In this document: positions 50,425-64,000 of the stretch, piece by piece | Layout: every line of letters starts with the position of its first letter | How positions within the stretch are numbered: position 1 is the stretch's first letter | Assembly (NCBI GenBank): GCA_951406725.2 | Contig: OX597819.1 | Location: 13,516,001 to 13,580,000, forward strand | DNA: 64,000 nucleotides | Reading direction: 5' to 3' | From: Octopus vulgaris | Taxonomy: Eukaryota | Position numbers and translations under genes: made by a program | The notes under the pieces: model-generated | The model's input: only the letters and a program-made list of their open reading frames with translations | What the model was told of the DNA's origin: nothing | Database searches by the model: none

Positions 50425-50985
50425 TGGTGAACCCTCACCTTACTGACAGCATCCCTGTACAGGACTTGCACGGCTCTTACCAGCCACTCATTTATCCCTA
50501 GTTTCTGCATTGGCCACTAGATGTGAGATCGGGGGACCCTGTCAAAGATTTCTCCAAGTCCACAAAAGCCAAGCATAGGGGTTTATCTTTGGCTAGGTAT
50601 TTCTCCTACAGTTGCCGTTCCAGGAATATAGCATCAGTGGTGCTTCTACCTGGCACAAAACTGAACAGCATCTTATCTAAGCGGACTCTCTCCCTAATTA
50701 GTTGGACTATGACCCTCTCCGTGACCTTCATCACCTGATCCAGCAGTTTGATACTCCTGTAGTTATTTCTATCTAGAGCATCACCTTTACCCTTGTAGCA
50801 GTTGACTATGGTGCTGCCACAACAGTCATTGTGTATGACTCCTTCATGAACCACCTGATTTACGATGCGGGTGACAAGACCATAACCCACACTGCCCGAT
50901 ATTTTAAGCATCTCAGCTGTGATTCCTGATGGGCTGGGTACTTTCCCTGTCTTTATATCTTTAATTGCTTTATCTACCAGGGTAT
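50425..50985 (-). mobile_element. RTE LINE RT fragment, same family, more decayed
   Basis: MLKISGSVGYGLVTRIVNQV...STTDAIF matches the 45261-46547 protein. Confidence 0.9.
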
Positions 50986-52743
50986 TTTTGTGAAATAATT
51001 AAAATAATATTTTGTCCTTGGAATAATTATTTCTGATTAGCATTTTCTTGCTCACTACATTGAATATATTAACACTCTGTGGCACTGGCACGGGTGCTCT
51101 TTACATGGCACCAGTACAATTATTAAGCTGTCAAAAAAAAAAGGAGTGGCTGTGTGGTAAGTAGCTTGCTAACCAACTACATGGTTCCGGGTTCAATCCT
51201 ACTGCGTGGCATCTTGGGCAAGTGTCTTCTGCTATAGCCCCAGGCCAACCAATGCCTTGTGAGTGGATTTGGTAGACAGAAACTGAAAGAAGCCCATCGT
51301 ATATATGCTTGACATTGGGAGATAGGCAATTGACATTGCTTCATTGGGAGATAGGCACCAAAGAAAAAAACAAACAAAATTCTTTGAAAGTGTTGCTTCA
51401 GCTTGGCAGTCAAAAAAATTATCAACTCTAAATAAAATAAAGTAGTGGCAGTCAATGCCTAGAAAGTGGTGCTCTAGCTTGGCTGTAATCCAATGATTGA
51501 AACCAGTAATGAAAGCATGTATGTGTGGAGCGGCTGTGTGGTAAGTAGCTTGCTAACCAACCACATGGTTCCGGGTTCAGTCCCACTGCGTGGCATCTTG
51601 GGCAAGTGTCTTCTGCTATAGCCCCGGACTGACCAATGCCTTGTGAGTGGATTTGGTAAACGGAAACTGAAAGAAGCCTGTTGTATATATGTATATATAT
51701 ATATGTATGTATGTGTGTGTATTTGTGTGTCTGTGTTTGTCCCCCTAGCATTGCTTGACAACCGATGCTGGTGTGTTTACGTCCCCTGTCACTTAGCGGT
51801 TTGGCCAAAGAGGCCGATAGAATAAGTACTGGGCTTACAAAAAGAATAAGTCCTGGGGTCGATTTGGTCTACTAAAGGCGGTGCTCCAGCATGGCCGCAG
51901 TCAAATGACTGAAACAAGTAAAAAAAAAAAAAAAAGCAAATTTCTGTGATGTCTGATCCTGGACAGAAAATCTAGGCTAGAAAGTTCACTTTGTGCAAGT
52001 TATCCTTCCTCTACCTGTTGCATTCAATCCATTCCATTTGATGCCGTGATAAATTACCTGCATGTAAGTTCAGCCAACTGGAACACCCCCCCCCCACTTC
52101 CCCCCACTTAGCAATGTATATCTTTAATTAATACAAACCTGTCTAATTGATGTCTGTTTTAATTCATATAAACCTGTTTAACCTATGTCTCTCTCTCTGG
52201 GGAACATATAAATTTCTCTTTCACATCCAAGGATATAAACTAGATTTTGCATCATCATTTATTTACCCCTACCACCACATCCTCTTCCCCACCACCACCA
52301 CCACCATCCGTGGTTATTGCTGTCATACAGCAACTCGTTTGGAACAGTGAAGCTTTGTGTGTAACCTTATATGGTATACACTACTTGATAGTGTGAAACC
52401 CTATCATCTCAGGTAACTAATTGGTTTTTAAACTCCATGGTTCTTGTTGCTCAGTCTTGAGTGAACAGATTTATGATTAAAGTTGTTCCAAACTTAATCA
52501 ACCTGTACTTTATTTATTTATTTATCTATTTTTATCTCAGGCTCTATTTTCCAATGTGTCTTTTTTTTTAAAGTTTTAAAAAGACAATTGGGTATGATTT
52601 CAGGGAGATTTTGCTGTTATTTCTAACAGGTCAAGCAACCACATGGAGCCTCCTTTGTTTATGTTTGTGGTGTGAATGTTTTACCTAGTGTCATATACAT
52701 TATTTACATTTGACGGATATTTGTCCTCATCTAGTTTGTTGTT

Positions 52744-52789
52744 AACACAACATTTCAGCTGATATACCCTCCAGCCTTCATCAGGTGTC
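52744..52789 (-). ncRNA. Predicted minimal hammerhead in family D (canonical CUGAUGA core)
   Basis: Reverse strand GACAC-CTGATGA-A-GGCTG-gagggtatat-CAGCT-GAAA-TG-TT-GTGTT. Copies at 593-638, ~8044-8091, ~47660-47705 and a partial at ~39419-39443 give consensus ...CAGCCGAAACGTTGTGTY. Confidence 0.65.
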
Positions 52790-52910
52790 TTGGGGGAAAT
52801 TTCGAACCTGGGTTCTCATTCCTAAGGTATTTTTTATTTTTGCTGCCGCTGACACTCTACTATAGGATTAATTGTTGTCTTAATCTTCCACAATCTCTTC
52901 AGCTCTCTGG

Positions 52911-52949
<39 letters not shown>

Positions 52950-55900
52950 GGTGGTGAGCTGGCAGAATCATTAGCACACCAGGCAAAGTGTTTAGCAACA
53001 TTTCATCCGTCTTCACATTCTGAGTTCAACCGGTTGAATTCCTTCTTGTGAAATTAGCACGGAAATGGTTGAGGCTTCTACAGAAACATGTATCCTTAAC
53101 ATAATTCTCAGACTAAACCAGCATCACTTGATTAGAATGCTCTTTTTTAATTACTGGTACAATACAAAGGGAGAATTGACCCTTAGGGCTGAGCTGGGCT
53201 GGTATTGACCCAAGGCGGCAAACTTGCAGAATCATTAGCACGCCGGGCGAAATGCTTAGCGGTATTTAGTCTGCCGCTATGTTCTGAGTTCAAATTCCAC
53301 CGAGGTCGACTTTGCCTTTCATCCTTTCGGGGTCGATTAAATAAGTACCAGTTAAGCACTGGGGTCGATGTAATCAACTTAATCTGTTTGTCTGTCCTTG
53401 TTTGTCCTCTCTGTGTTTAGCCCCTTGTGGGTAGTAAAGGAATAGGTATTGACCCTAGTAAAGTTTGTGGTGGTATTTGAATTCATTCTGGCAAAGAGCC
53501 AGAATGAATATCACAACACATTCTTTGTTACACCTTAATGATCTTGCCATTTCACTTGTTAAATTCCTTAGAGAAGATGAAGGATACGAGGGTGTCAAAT
53601 GGGGTTTGTAACCCACATTTAATGCTTGGTTGAAACCATTTCGCTTTATGAATGTGGTTGATGCCTCTGGAAGTAAAATAGAAAAGTCTCAAACACCCAA
53701 TCTGCCTCCCCATGAAGTTGAGGCTGGCACCAATGTTGTAAAATAGGCCACATCTCTTTAAGTGATGTCTATCATCATCGTTTAACGTCCGCTTTCCATG
53801 CTAGCATGGGTTGGACGATTTTGACTGAGGGCTGGCGAACCAGATGGCTGCACCAGGCTCCTATCTTGATCTGGCAGAGTTTCTACAGATGGATGCCCTT
53901 CCTAATGCCAACCACTCCAAGAGTGTAGTGGGTGCTTTTTACGTGCCACCAGCACAGGGGGCCAGTCAGGCAGTACTGGCAACGACCTCGCTCGAATCTT
54001 TTTACACATGCCACCGGCACAGGTGCCAGTAAGGCGACGCTGGTAATGATCACGCTCAAATGGTGCCTTTTACGTGCCACCTACACGGAAGCCAGTTAGC
54101 CGCTCCGGCAACGATCACTCTTGGCACCCTACTAGTGTTAATGATTTCTAATTGTTAATTACTGTTGTTGATATTTAACTCCAAGTAAGTTCTGACTGAG
54201 CTAATCAAGTACCAACCTATCATTATTGGTGCTATCGAAGGTCACATTAACTAACATATTGTTTCTGTGTATATTTGACTGCTATTTCTAGCAATACTGA
54301 AATGGAGAGTATTAACAGAAAACTTTATTTTAAAATTTATTTTATTTTGATTTTTTTCCTTTAGTTTCATTAAATTCCAAATTAGTCAAACAAATCTGAC
54401 CAATTACATGTTTGTTTTTTTTTTTATTCTTATTTATTTTTGGATAAATTTCCCTTTTCGCATAATTCATTCATCAACTTCTAGATAAAACAATCTAAAT
54501 CTGAATAGGTTTTAAAGGGGTCTATGGAATATATTGTGTTTCTTTCTTTATTTGATGAGTCTACAAAATCCCACAGTTCTGCTGTTACACAAATTGGTTT
54601 TTTGACATTTTCTTTCTAATTTTTATGACAAACAGACTCTGGTAATTTAGGAAGGGTTAACTCCCTCATAATAAATGTTTTGGGGGAGATTATTTGTTAT
54701 AGTTCTTATGTGTTTGGCTTTTTTCCTAATGTATTGTTTCACTAATAACCCTATTAGTAATTAAGAGATATCAAGTAATACCATTCATTATGGTCATCTT
54801 CTCCTTCCGCTCTGCTCATTCCTCAATTCATCAACAGCATTCCTTGTTTTCTCTTATATCAAACTCAATCTCATTGTTGTTAATAATTTAGTTGCAGCAT
54901 GGGACTCATGGCCAATGAAGCAGCCTGTTAGAAACAACAGTCAAATATTTCATATATCACACTTTGGCACTTGAAAAAGAGAGGGACCAATTGAATAATT
55001 TAGTTCTAGATTTGACGGGATTCTGTTGGTTACTATGACAAGGGGTTCCAGTTGATTCGATCAACGGAACAGCCTGCTCATGAAATTAACGTGCAAGTGG
55101 CTGAGTACTCCACAGACATGGGTACCCCTAATGTAGTTCTCAGAGAGATTCAGCTTACACAGAATGTGATGATTCTGGCCCTTTGAAATACAGGTAGAAC
55201 TCATTTTTGCCAGATGAAGGACACGTGTCACCAGGAATCGAACTCCTGACCTTATGATCATGAGCCAAATCTTGAAAAAGGGCAGGATGGCCATGGTGGA
55301 GGGCCTTTGATACTCGGTTCGCTCAGTTGGGGCTCATCTCGGACTAAACTGCAACAACAATGATACATGAAGTCATGGCTTAGACAAAAATAGAGAAAAT
55401 GTTTTCAATTTAATCTCTTTGGATTTCATTAAAGAACAATAGAGTTTCTGAACCCATCAGCATTCAGATTGCTCTGCCAAGTATTATATTGCTTATTTGT
55501 TCACCTTGTTTTCAATTAATCATGCATTATCTTGTAGCTTTGAGATTTCAATAAGGAAACTGTATTCTGAGAATGCAGTGTGAGGGGCCAGCATAGAAGT
55601 GGTAGAATATTTGGGCTGAATTTGGCCAGATTAAATGCTAAAGAGTTAAAAGGATAAATATTGATTATTGAATTAGTCGTATTAATTTATTTATAAGTCA
55701 AGTTTGCTATGAAGAAATACCTGAATAACTTAACTTGGTTAATATCAATCTTTATAAAGATGTGCTGTGTGTGTGTGTGGATATGTTTTCCATGGAAACA
55801 TCAAAAGGATTTATAATGAGCTGCAACACCTGTAATGGGATAGCAGAAACAGGGAAGGAGGAGATTAGGATAAGAAAGAGTGTGATAGGGAAAGTGTGTA

Positions 55901-56094
55901 CATTACCTCTTCGAAAAGCGAGTTGATGGTTGACATGAAGTATTAGTTAGGAAGACAAAAAAAAAAATGAGAGAAAAAGACAGTTTGGGAGAATGAAGAA
56001 AAGAGGTATAGAAGAGAAGAGGGCTTAGAACCAGTATGGTGTATTAGGAAAAAAAGACATACTGCAAATTTACATTGTGTCCTTGGTGATACAC

Positions 56095-56182
<88 letters not shown>

Positions 56183-56596
56183 CAGGAGTGGCTGTGTGGT
56201 AAGTAGCTTACTAACCAACCACATGGTTCCGGGTTCAGTCCCACTGCGTGGTATCTTGGGCAAGTGTCTTCTGCTATAGCCCCGGGCCGACCAATGCCTT
56301 GTGAGTGGATTTGGTAGACGGAAACTGAAAGAAGCCTGTCGTATATATGTATATATATATATGTGTGTGTGTTTGTGTTTGTCCCCCTAGCATTGCTTGA
56401 CAATCGATGCTGGTGTGTTTACATCCCCGTCACTTAGCGGTTCAGCAAAATAGACCGATAAAATAAGTACTGGGCTTACAAAGAATAAGTCCTGGGGTCG
56501 ATTTGCTCGACTAAAGGCGGTGCTCCAGCATGGCTGCAGTCAAATGACTGAAACAAGTAAAAGAGTAAAAGAGAGAGTAAGGGTATATATATATAT

Positions 56597-56668
<72 letters not shown>

Positions 56669-58021
56669 ATATATATAACCAGCCCATTTAAGCGTACTCT
56701 TCAATCATTGGGCAATAAACTGCGATTGCGAAGACCTGTTGAGGCAAGTGAAATCGTTGTCGTGGCTGATGACAGTATCTCCTGATTGGCACCTATGCTA
56801 GTGGCACGTTAAAAGCACCATTCGATCGTGATTGTTGCCAGTGCCGCCTGACCGGCCCTCATGCTGATGGCACGTAAAAAGCACAGATTGGAGCCTGCTA
56901 CAGCCCTCTGGCTTGCCGGCCCTCAGTCAAACCGTCCAACCCATGCCAGCATGGAAAGTGGACATTAAACGACGATGATGATGATGATGATATATATATT
57001 AAGAAGATAAGGAAAGAAAAGAGTGTAACAGAGAAGGAGATTTTTAGGCAATCATTAAAATGGAAAAAGTAAGAGAAGAATAAACGCACAAATACACACC
57101 CTGAAATATCAGTGGTGAGAGAGATTTTATGACCTCTTTCAATATGTAGGTGTATATATAGCATGGAACATGGATGTTAAGTGATGTTGCTAATATCACA
57201 GGAAGATAAAGAAAGGAGAGAAGAGAGATTGTGCATGCTGCATTGTTTAGGTAGGAAAATTAGGGGTAATAAGAGGATTGATTGATGTGTGTGTGAGGGA
57301 GAGAGTGAAAGATAGTGTGGGAGAATAAAGACATGAATAGGAAGAGGGGAATGTAAAAGCATAAAATAAGGTATGATAGAGAAAAAGAAAGAATATTCTG
57401 TAAGTTTAGCACATGTTCCTAGATAAATATATACCATGTCTGTGTATAATATGTATGTATGTATGTATGTACATTTGACATATGACAAAGGGATTAAGGA
57501 TCTGGGTGAAATATTTTATAAGCTTTCTGTGACAAAAAATAAACTAACAAAGGCTAGCAAAATTGACCTATAATAGACATAGAAATCCAGGTAATCTGTG
57601 CTTTATCAAACCATCACCAGTTCAATTTTATATCTGAAGTTTAGTCACCAAGTAAAATTGGTATTATACAAAAAAAGGCACAAAGTTTGTGGGTATTTAT
57701 TCCTTTTCTTCCGGCTAAGGCTGGAGAGTCATAGTTCCCTAGTACAATAGTCACATTTGTTAATTGTTCCTGTAATAAACAAAGTAAATTTGTGTTCTAC
57801 TTTATTCAGCTGATCAATTATGGGATCAGTTAATAAATGTGATTATTGTTCTAGTGACTCTCCAACCTTACAAGAATTGGGAAAGCTACCTTGAATATAA
57901 TACATAAATATCCGTTGCCTTTGTGCCTCTTCTATAGTTGTTGTGTAGTTAAAAGTTTCACGGCTGATACGCATGGTTTTGGGTTCAGTCTTGCTGTGCG
58001 ACACTTTGGAGAAGTGCCTTT

Positions 58022-58166
58022 TATAAGGTTGTCCCAAAAGTTTGTAGAAAGTCTTGGAAAATAATGGTCTTTATTTTGAGGAATAATTTTTGTTGTTTTT
58101 GTTAGTACTTGGCGAGTAAAAATTCAATTTTCGCAAGTGTTTACGAACTTTTGGGACAACCTAATA
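58022..58166. mobile_element. Mariner-type MITE nested in a SINE
   Basis: TIRs AGGTTGTCCCAAAAGTT / AACTTTTGGGACAACCT with TA flanks; splits a SINE copy at ~57950-58230. Confidence 0.8.
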
Positions 58167-58421
58167 ATGTAACCCCTAGCTAACCAAAGCCTTGTGAATG
58201 GATCTGACAGACAGAAACTGAAAGAAGGCCATTGTGTGTGTGTGTGAGAGAGAGAGAGAGATCAGCATTGTTTTAACATCTGCTTCTGCATGTTTGCAAG
58301 GACACAGCTTTGTATTGGCCAGCTGCCAATGTTGGGACACAATTTTCTATGGTCAGCTACCTTTCCTACACACCAACTTTTACCTGTTTCCAAGCAAAGA
58401 AGTAATCCCACAATTTATTAA

Positions 58422-58640
58422 CCCTTTAGTGTTCAGATTATTCAATCAAACATAATGCCTATTGATTCCCATTTATTTGAATTAATCATGCATTATCTCA
58501 TATCTTCAAGAGCTTGATGGTGTAATTACTTAATGTAGAATAACATTGTAGGGTAGGTGTGAGAGCCTGGATCTGATCAGTTTGAACATAAAACAGATTA
58601 ACTATTTTGACCGGATATGACCGGTTTAAATACTAAAGGG
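58422..58640. mobile_element. TTAA-flanked piggyBac-like MITE (other copies ~55450-55650, ~63546-63770)
   Basis: TTAA|CCCTTTAGTGTT...AATACTAAAGGG|TTAA. Confidence 0.82.
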
Positions 58641-59200
58641 TTAAACAGTAAACAACCCAGACGTAATCGTTTACTACTAATTTTCTGTAGATTTATCTCT
58701 TTTAATTGAATGCACACTTTAGTTTGTTTGCTAATTTTGTTTTGGTTTTGGTTTCCCATTTCTCTGATTTGGTTCTTTGTTCCTGACATTTTCCAATATG
58801 TCTCTTCAGCAGAGAATCACAAGTGGCTGTGTAGTGATGAATTAAATATCCTTTTGTTGTCACTTGCCATTTCAAGTTCAAATCAAACTGGGTTTCATTT
58901 AGATGTTCATACACACTGGGGTTACATACAGTCAATTTGATACATCTTTCCCACAAAATATTTGGACCTGTGACAGAAAACAAGAGTTTTTACAGGTTTA
59001 GTGGGCATTGTGGTGTAGCAGATAAGTTTTGCAGTGAAACACAGCAAGAATCTCAGCTGCAATTTCCAGTTGGAATTAGCACCCATCACTTATGTTATTG
59101 ATACTCCTGAGAAAAGTATGAGCGTAATATAATCTTGTCTCTTGTCTTCTGTAAATTTGTATGTTTATGACTAAAAAATATCACCCTTTATTTCTTACAG

Positions 59201-59304
59201 CTTTGTCAATGTCTGGCATTGAGGATGTACGATCAGTTCTACAGCATTATAATCAATTTGATGATCCAATCGAAAGGTTTCGAGAAAACCAGCGATTACT
59301 TCAG
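59201..59304 (+). CDS. TIMM50: Tim50 coding exon 9 (not in the ORF track); final exon not found in window
   Basis: tttcttacag acceptor, phase 1. Reads (T)LSMSGIEDVRSVLQHYNQFDDPIERFRENQRLLQ (EDVR.VL..Y...DDP motif). GTAAGC donor. Confidence 0.95.
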
Positions 59305-62300
59305 GTAAGCATGATTATATCACCTTTATCAGAATAACTTGGTCCATTCCTGCTGAAATGACACTGGGCAATGGCAGAAATTGGAGTAAATATTAAATGT
59401 GTGGGCTTATATGTAAGGGTCAATAAAAGACCATCCCAAAGATACAGTGCCTATCAGTCTAAACCATAAAGGTAATGGAAGAAAGGGAATCTAAAATAGC
59501 TTCATGAAGACACTGTTATCACCTGCCTAAATTCACTAATGCCACATTAATGGCTATGTAAAATATGGGAGCTTTATATGCCTCACTTTGTAGTTTCAAG
59601 TTTATAGAATTTCCTTACTCTGTTTCGAGTCCTTTGTCCTTAGACCATTTCTCAGGTGAACCTGACAGAGGGAAATATGTCTTGTGATGGATTTCAACCC
59701 ATTTGATAGACCCCCCTGGTACCTGTGCAGGTGGCACGTAAAAAGCACCCACTACACTCGTGGAATGGTTGGCGTTAGGAAGGGCATCCAGCTGTAGAAA
59801 CACTGCCAGATCAGACTGGAGCCTGGTGCAGCCTCCTGGCTTCCCAGACCCTGGTCGAACCGTCCAACCCATGCTAGCGCGGAAAACGGACGTTAAACGA
59901 TGATGATGATGATGTCCTGGACTTCAGGAACGAAGGGAAATAACCCAGTATGGCTGCTGGACAGCTACACACACATACACATACACATACATATATATAT
60001 ATATACATATGGAAACACACACACACACACAATTATGAACACGATCACCACATGCATAAGAAAAAAAACTGAGCCAAGGGACATAACTCAATGTATCTAT
60101 GTTTTTCTGTACAGATACAAAAACGCCACATGCAGACCTGTGTGTGTGTGTGCATAACTCACTCATCATGTGGACATACATGCATACACCATATACATAT
60201 ATAGGTGTCACACAGCAAATATATCTCCAGTCCTCTGTCCACTCCACTATATGCACCACCCTCTAACTTGGGTGGACGGGCCCCTGCCCCTTGTCCATCA
60301 CACCTTCACCATGTTTCTCTTATAATGCAAGACACCTTCTCTGTCCCTCAAGGCTAAGCCCCGCCCCGCCCCAGTTGCGAAGTCTTGGTAAACTCTCTGC
60401 TGCTGGTGCCAAGTGAAGAGTACCCAGCAGACTCTGTAGATTGGTTGGTGTTCGGAAGGGCATCCAGCTGTAGAAGCCAATCCAAAACAGACTGCAGAAC
60501 TTGATGTAGTTTTCTGACTTTGCCTCTTCCTGTCAAACCGTCCTACCCGTACCAACATGGAAAAAGGGACATTGAATAATGATGATGATGATGATGGTGG
60601 TGTCACATATACTCTTTTACTCTTTTCTGTCATTTGACTGCGGCCATGCTGGAGCACTACCTTTAGTCGAGCAAATCGACCCCGGGACTTATTCTTTGTA
60701 AGCCCAGTACTTATTCTATCGGTCTCTTTTGCCGAACCACTAAGTGACGGGGACATAAACACACCAGCATCGGTTGTCAAGCAATGCTAGGGGGACAAAC
60801 ACAGACGCACAAACACATACACACACACACATATACATATATATACATATATACGACAGGCTTCTTTCAGTTTCCGTCTACCAAATCCACTCACAAGGCA
60901 TTGGTCGGCCCGGGGCTATAGCAGAAGACACTTGCCCAAGATGTCACGCATTGGGACTGAACCCGGAACCATGTGGTTGGTTAGCAAGCTACTTACCACC
61001 ACACAGCCATTCCTGTTGCTTATCTGTTAAGAAAGCAAATTATTTTCATCATCATCATATCATTTAACATTCGTTTTCCGTGCTGATATGCAATGGATGG
61101 TGTAACAGCAGCTGACAAGGCCAGGAGCTATACCAGGTTCCATTGTCTGTTTTTGGTTTAGATTCTAACGCCAACCAATTTACAGAGTGTACAGGGTGCT
61201 TTGTTTGACAGGAACACTTAGTAACTAGAGAGACAAAAAAACACCCTCACATGGGAGTGGCGGGTTGTATTAAGGGAAGAAAAAGAATAGTTAAGCCAAT
61301 ACTAACATATTTAATACAGTGAATATATAAAAACTAATTGGAAATCATTATGTTGAGTAAAAGACATTAGTCACTGACTAATAATATTTTGATTCTTTTG
61401 CTGAATAGGGGACAGTTTCATATTTGTTTCAGTCTTATTACAACTCCTCAGTAAATTATGAATCCAGCTAAATGACAAAATGGTGGATTTCAGAACATTC
61501 TTTCAGCATGTGTTTGTGCTGAGGTAATGGTTATGAATGAAGATCCTGATATTCTTTTATGTGTTTCAGTCACTTGATAGCAGCCATGCTGGAGCACCGC
61601 CTTTACTCAAATGAATCGACCCCCAGGACTTAATTCTTTGTAAGCCTAGTACTTATTCTATTGGTTTCTTTTGCTGAACTGCTAATGTTAAGGGGACGTA
61701 AACACACCAATATCGGTTGTCAAGTGATGGTGGGGGGGACAAAAACACACACACATATACGACGGGCTTCTTTCAGTTTCCGTCTACCAAATTCACTCAC
61801 AAGGCTTTGATCAGCCCAAGGCTATAGTAGAAGACACTCTCCCAAGGTGCCATGCAGTGGGACTGAACCCAGATCCGTGTAGTTGGGAAGCAAGCTTCTT
61901 ACCACACAGCCACACTGTTCCTATAGCTATAGTAGAAGACACTTGCCCAAGGTACCACACAGTGGGACTGAACCTCGTATCATGTGGTTGGGAAGCAAGT
62001 TTCTTACCACACAGTCATGCTGCACCTGAATGTTCTTTAAAACCAAGGGGCAGAGTAAGTTTTGTCCTCACCATCATCACCTCAGTGTCCATTTTGTTAG
62101 CTGCCGGAGCCGGTCTTTTCGTGTCTACCCAACTGCCATTCAAAGCAGTCTTTTCTCATCTTCCTGAGGTCATAACTGCTTTGGATCTAAGTTTACCTCT
62201 TCATCCCAAGCCTTTTTCGTCTCTCTCTTCCGTGCGTTCCATTTACTTTGAGCACACCCCCACCCATATCTATATGCAGTTTAACTCCCTCACCTCCATA

Positions 62301-62501
62301 CCAATAGTCTTTCTTGCATTTTACATCTGATTCCTTCTATCTTCTCAGTCCTGGTGTTTATGCACCCTAGTATCACTTATCCAGTGGAGCATGCTCATTT
62401 CATTTTCTCCTACCTTTGTAGATCCTCTGTGTTCAAAGCCCATGTATCAATACCATGTCCCAAATACACACACACACACACACACACACAGTAAATATAT
62501 A

Positions 62502-62867
62502 TCTCTATATATATAAACAGCAAAATGTCTGTGTGTGCGTGTCCTTTATACAAATCCACAATTTTTCAGTTAGAGGGCTCGCACTTTCTATGGTCATTGA
62601 AAACCATCCAAGAGTGGTCGTGCACATCTTTACATTTCCCCAGTCACCCTGCAAAGCCACTAAAAAATCAATAGAAGTGACTTTTCTATGAATTTTCTAT
62701 CCAAAACCCAATCAAAATGCCCGAAACTTGATACGCCAATTGAATGCCAGCTAGCTGTATGTGATTGGTCGGAGATTTGGACAGTACTCGCGTGTATGTG
62801 CGCACGCACGCAGCTGTATATGCATGCACTAGCACTATGACCCGGCGTTGCCGGGTCATAGTGCTAG
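62502..62867 (+). mobile_element. Helitron-like element, second family
   Basis: A|TC start, perfect terminal palindrome ending CTAG|T. Confidence 0.72.
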
Positions 62868-63344
62868 TATGTATATATACATGTTGTGTGTAAGCTACTT
62901 GGGTACTGTGCTGGTGCCATGTAAAAAGCACCTGTACATAGAAAGTGCCCAGTACATTCTGTAGAGTGGTTTGTGTTAGTATGAGCATCCAGCCATAAAA
63001 ACCATGCCAAAACAGACCATTGGGGCCTGGCACAGCTCTTTGACTTGCCAGCTCCTGTCAAGCCACCCAAACCATACCAGCATGGAAAACGGACATTAAA
63101 TGATGATGATGATGATGATGATGTGTTATGTTAAGAAGTGGTGCATGATACCAGAATTTTTGACTTGACTCAAATATAACAAACTACGTCGAATTGTTGT
63201 TAGGGTCTGCTCCTAAGTGGAGTCAAGACTGGCTGATTTCTCCTGGTATCAGGTCGTACTAGTTATAATAAAGTCAAAGCTAATAGTGATTTTGATTTCA
63301 TTATTACAAATATAAGATGAATGCATGTATGTTGCCAAGGACAT

Positions 63345-64000
63345 GCATTTAGTTGAAAGAAATGAAGCTAGTATGCTTTGCTGGATGTGCAGTGTCATTG
63401 TGCGTGTACGATAGAGTGTAAGCATCTCGAGAAAGAAGCTGAGCATAAGACGCATCAGATGTGATGTGCAAGAGAGACAACTGTACTGGTATAGGTTATG
63501 TGATGTGTATGGATGAGGACAGCTGTGTAAAGAAGCAACAATCTCTAACCCTTTTGTGTTCAGATTACTCTGTTAAATGTAATACTTTTTCACTCAAATT
63601 GTTTTGAATTAATCATGATATTCTTATAGCTTTGAGGTTTCAATGATGTGATTGTTTATTTTTAGAATGACATTGTAGGGTAGGTGTGAGAGGCTAGATA
63701 TTGCCAGTTTGAATATGAAACATGTGGAATATCTGGGCCTGATATGGCCGGTTTAAACACTAAAGGGCTAAATGTGGAGGGAACTTCTGGTAGAGGTATA
63801 CCCAGGAAGACATGGGACAAGGTGGTGAAGTATGATCTATGAATGTTGGGTCTCACAGAGGCAATGACTAATGACTGAGACCTTTGGTGATGTGCTGTGC
63901 TTGAGAAGCCAAGTGGAATTGTAGTTGTGGCTGATGCTGGTGTTAATTAACTGTCATGTAAAAAGCACTCTTGGAGTGGTTGGCATTAGGAAGAGCGTCC
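63345..64000 (+). mobile_element. RTE LINE 3' fragment interrupted by a MITE at ~63546-63770
   Basis: Homologous to 39922-40270; the inserted segment matches the 58422-58640 MITE. Confidence 0.8.

Noticed and set aside
50010-50985. Twin-priming inversion of a single RTE insertion
   Set aside because: The + strand part (50010-50425) is far more decayed than the - strand part, so they are more likely independent insertions.
59305-64000. Terminal TIMM50 exon
   Set aside because: No phase-0 acceptor followed by a plausible charged Tim50 C-terminus was found; probably beyond the window.

Overview
AT-rich, repeat-dense animal genomic DNA whose repeat complement (tRNA-derived SINEs, RTE LINEs, huge (TA)n/(TACA)n tracts) looks like Octopus; this taxon call is inferred from repeat families. 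The only host gene I can support is TIMM50 (mitochondrial inner-membrane import receptor Tim50) on the + strand. It has nine coding exons from ATG 13306 to 59304, all GT-AG with compatible phases, giving 384 codons; no stop-containing last exon was found in the window. Almost all other ORF-track entries are microsatellite or SINE artefacts. Mobile DNA includes a young RTE LINE (APE+RT), a CR1 fragment, Tc1/mariner derivatives, Helitron-like and TTAA-flanked MITEs, and several SINE families. The most unusual signals are RNA-structural: (1) three identical minimal hammerhead-ribozyme folds with a compensatory G3-C8 core swap, arranged direct+direct+inverted about 1 kb upstream of TIMM50; (2) a tRNA-headed SINE-like family carrying a minimal hammerhead and Penelope-style inverted ends; (3) a ~300-nt hairpin whose arm differences are almost all G.U-compatible, resembling a genomically fixed ADAR-hyperedited RNA. 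All counts and folds were done by eye.
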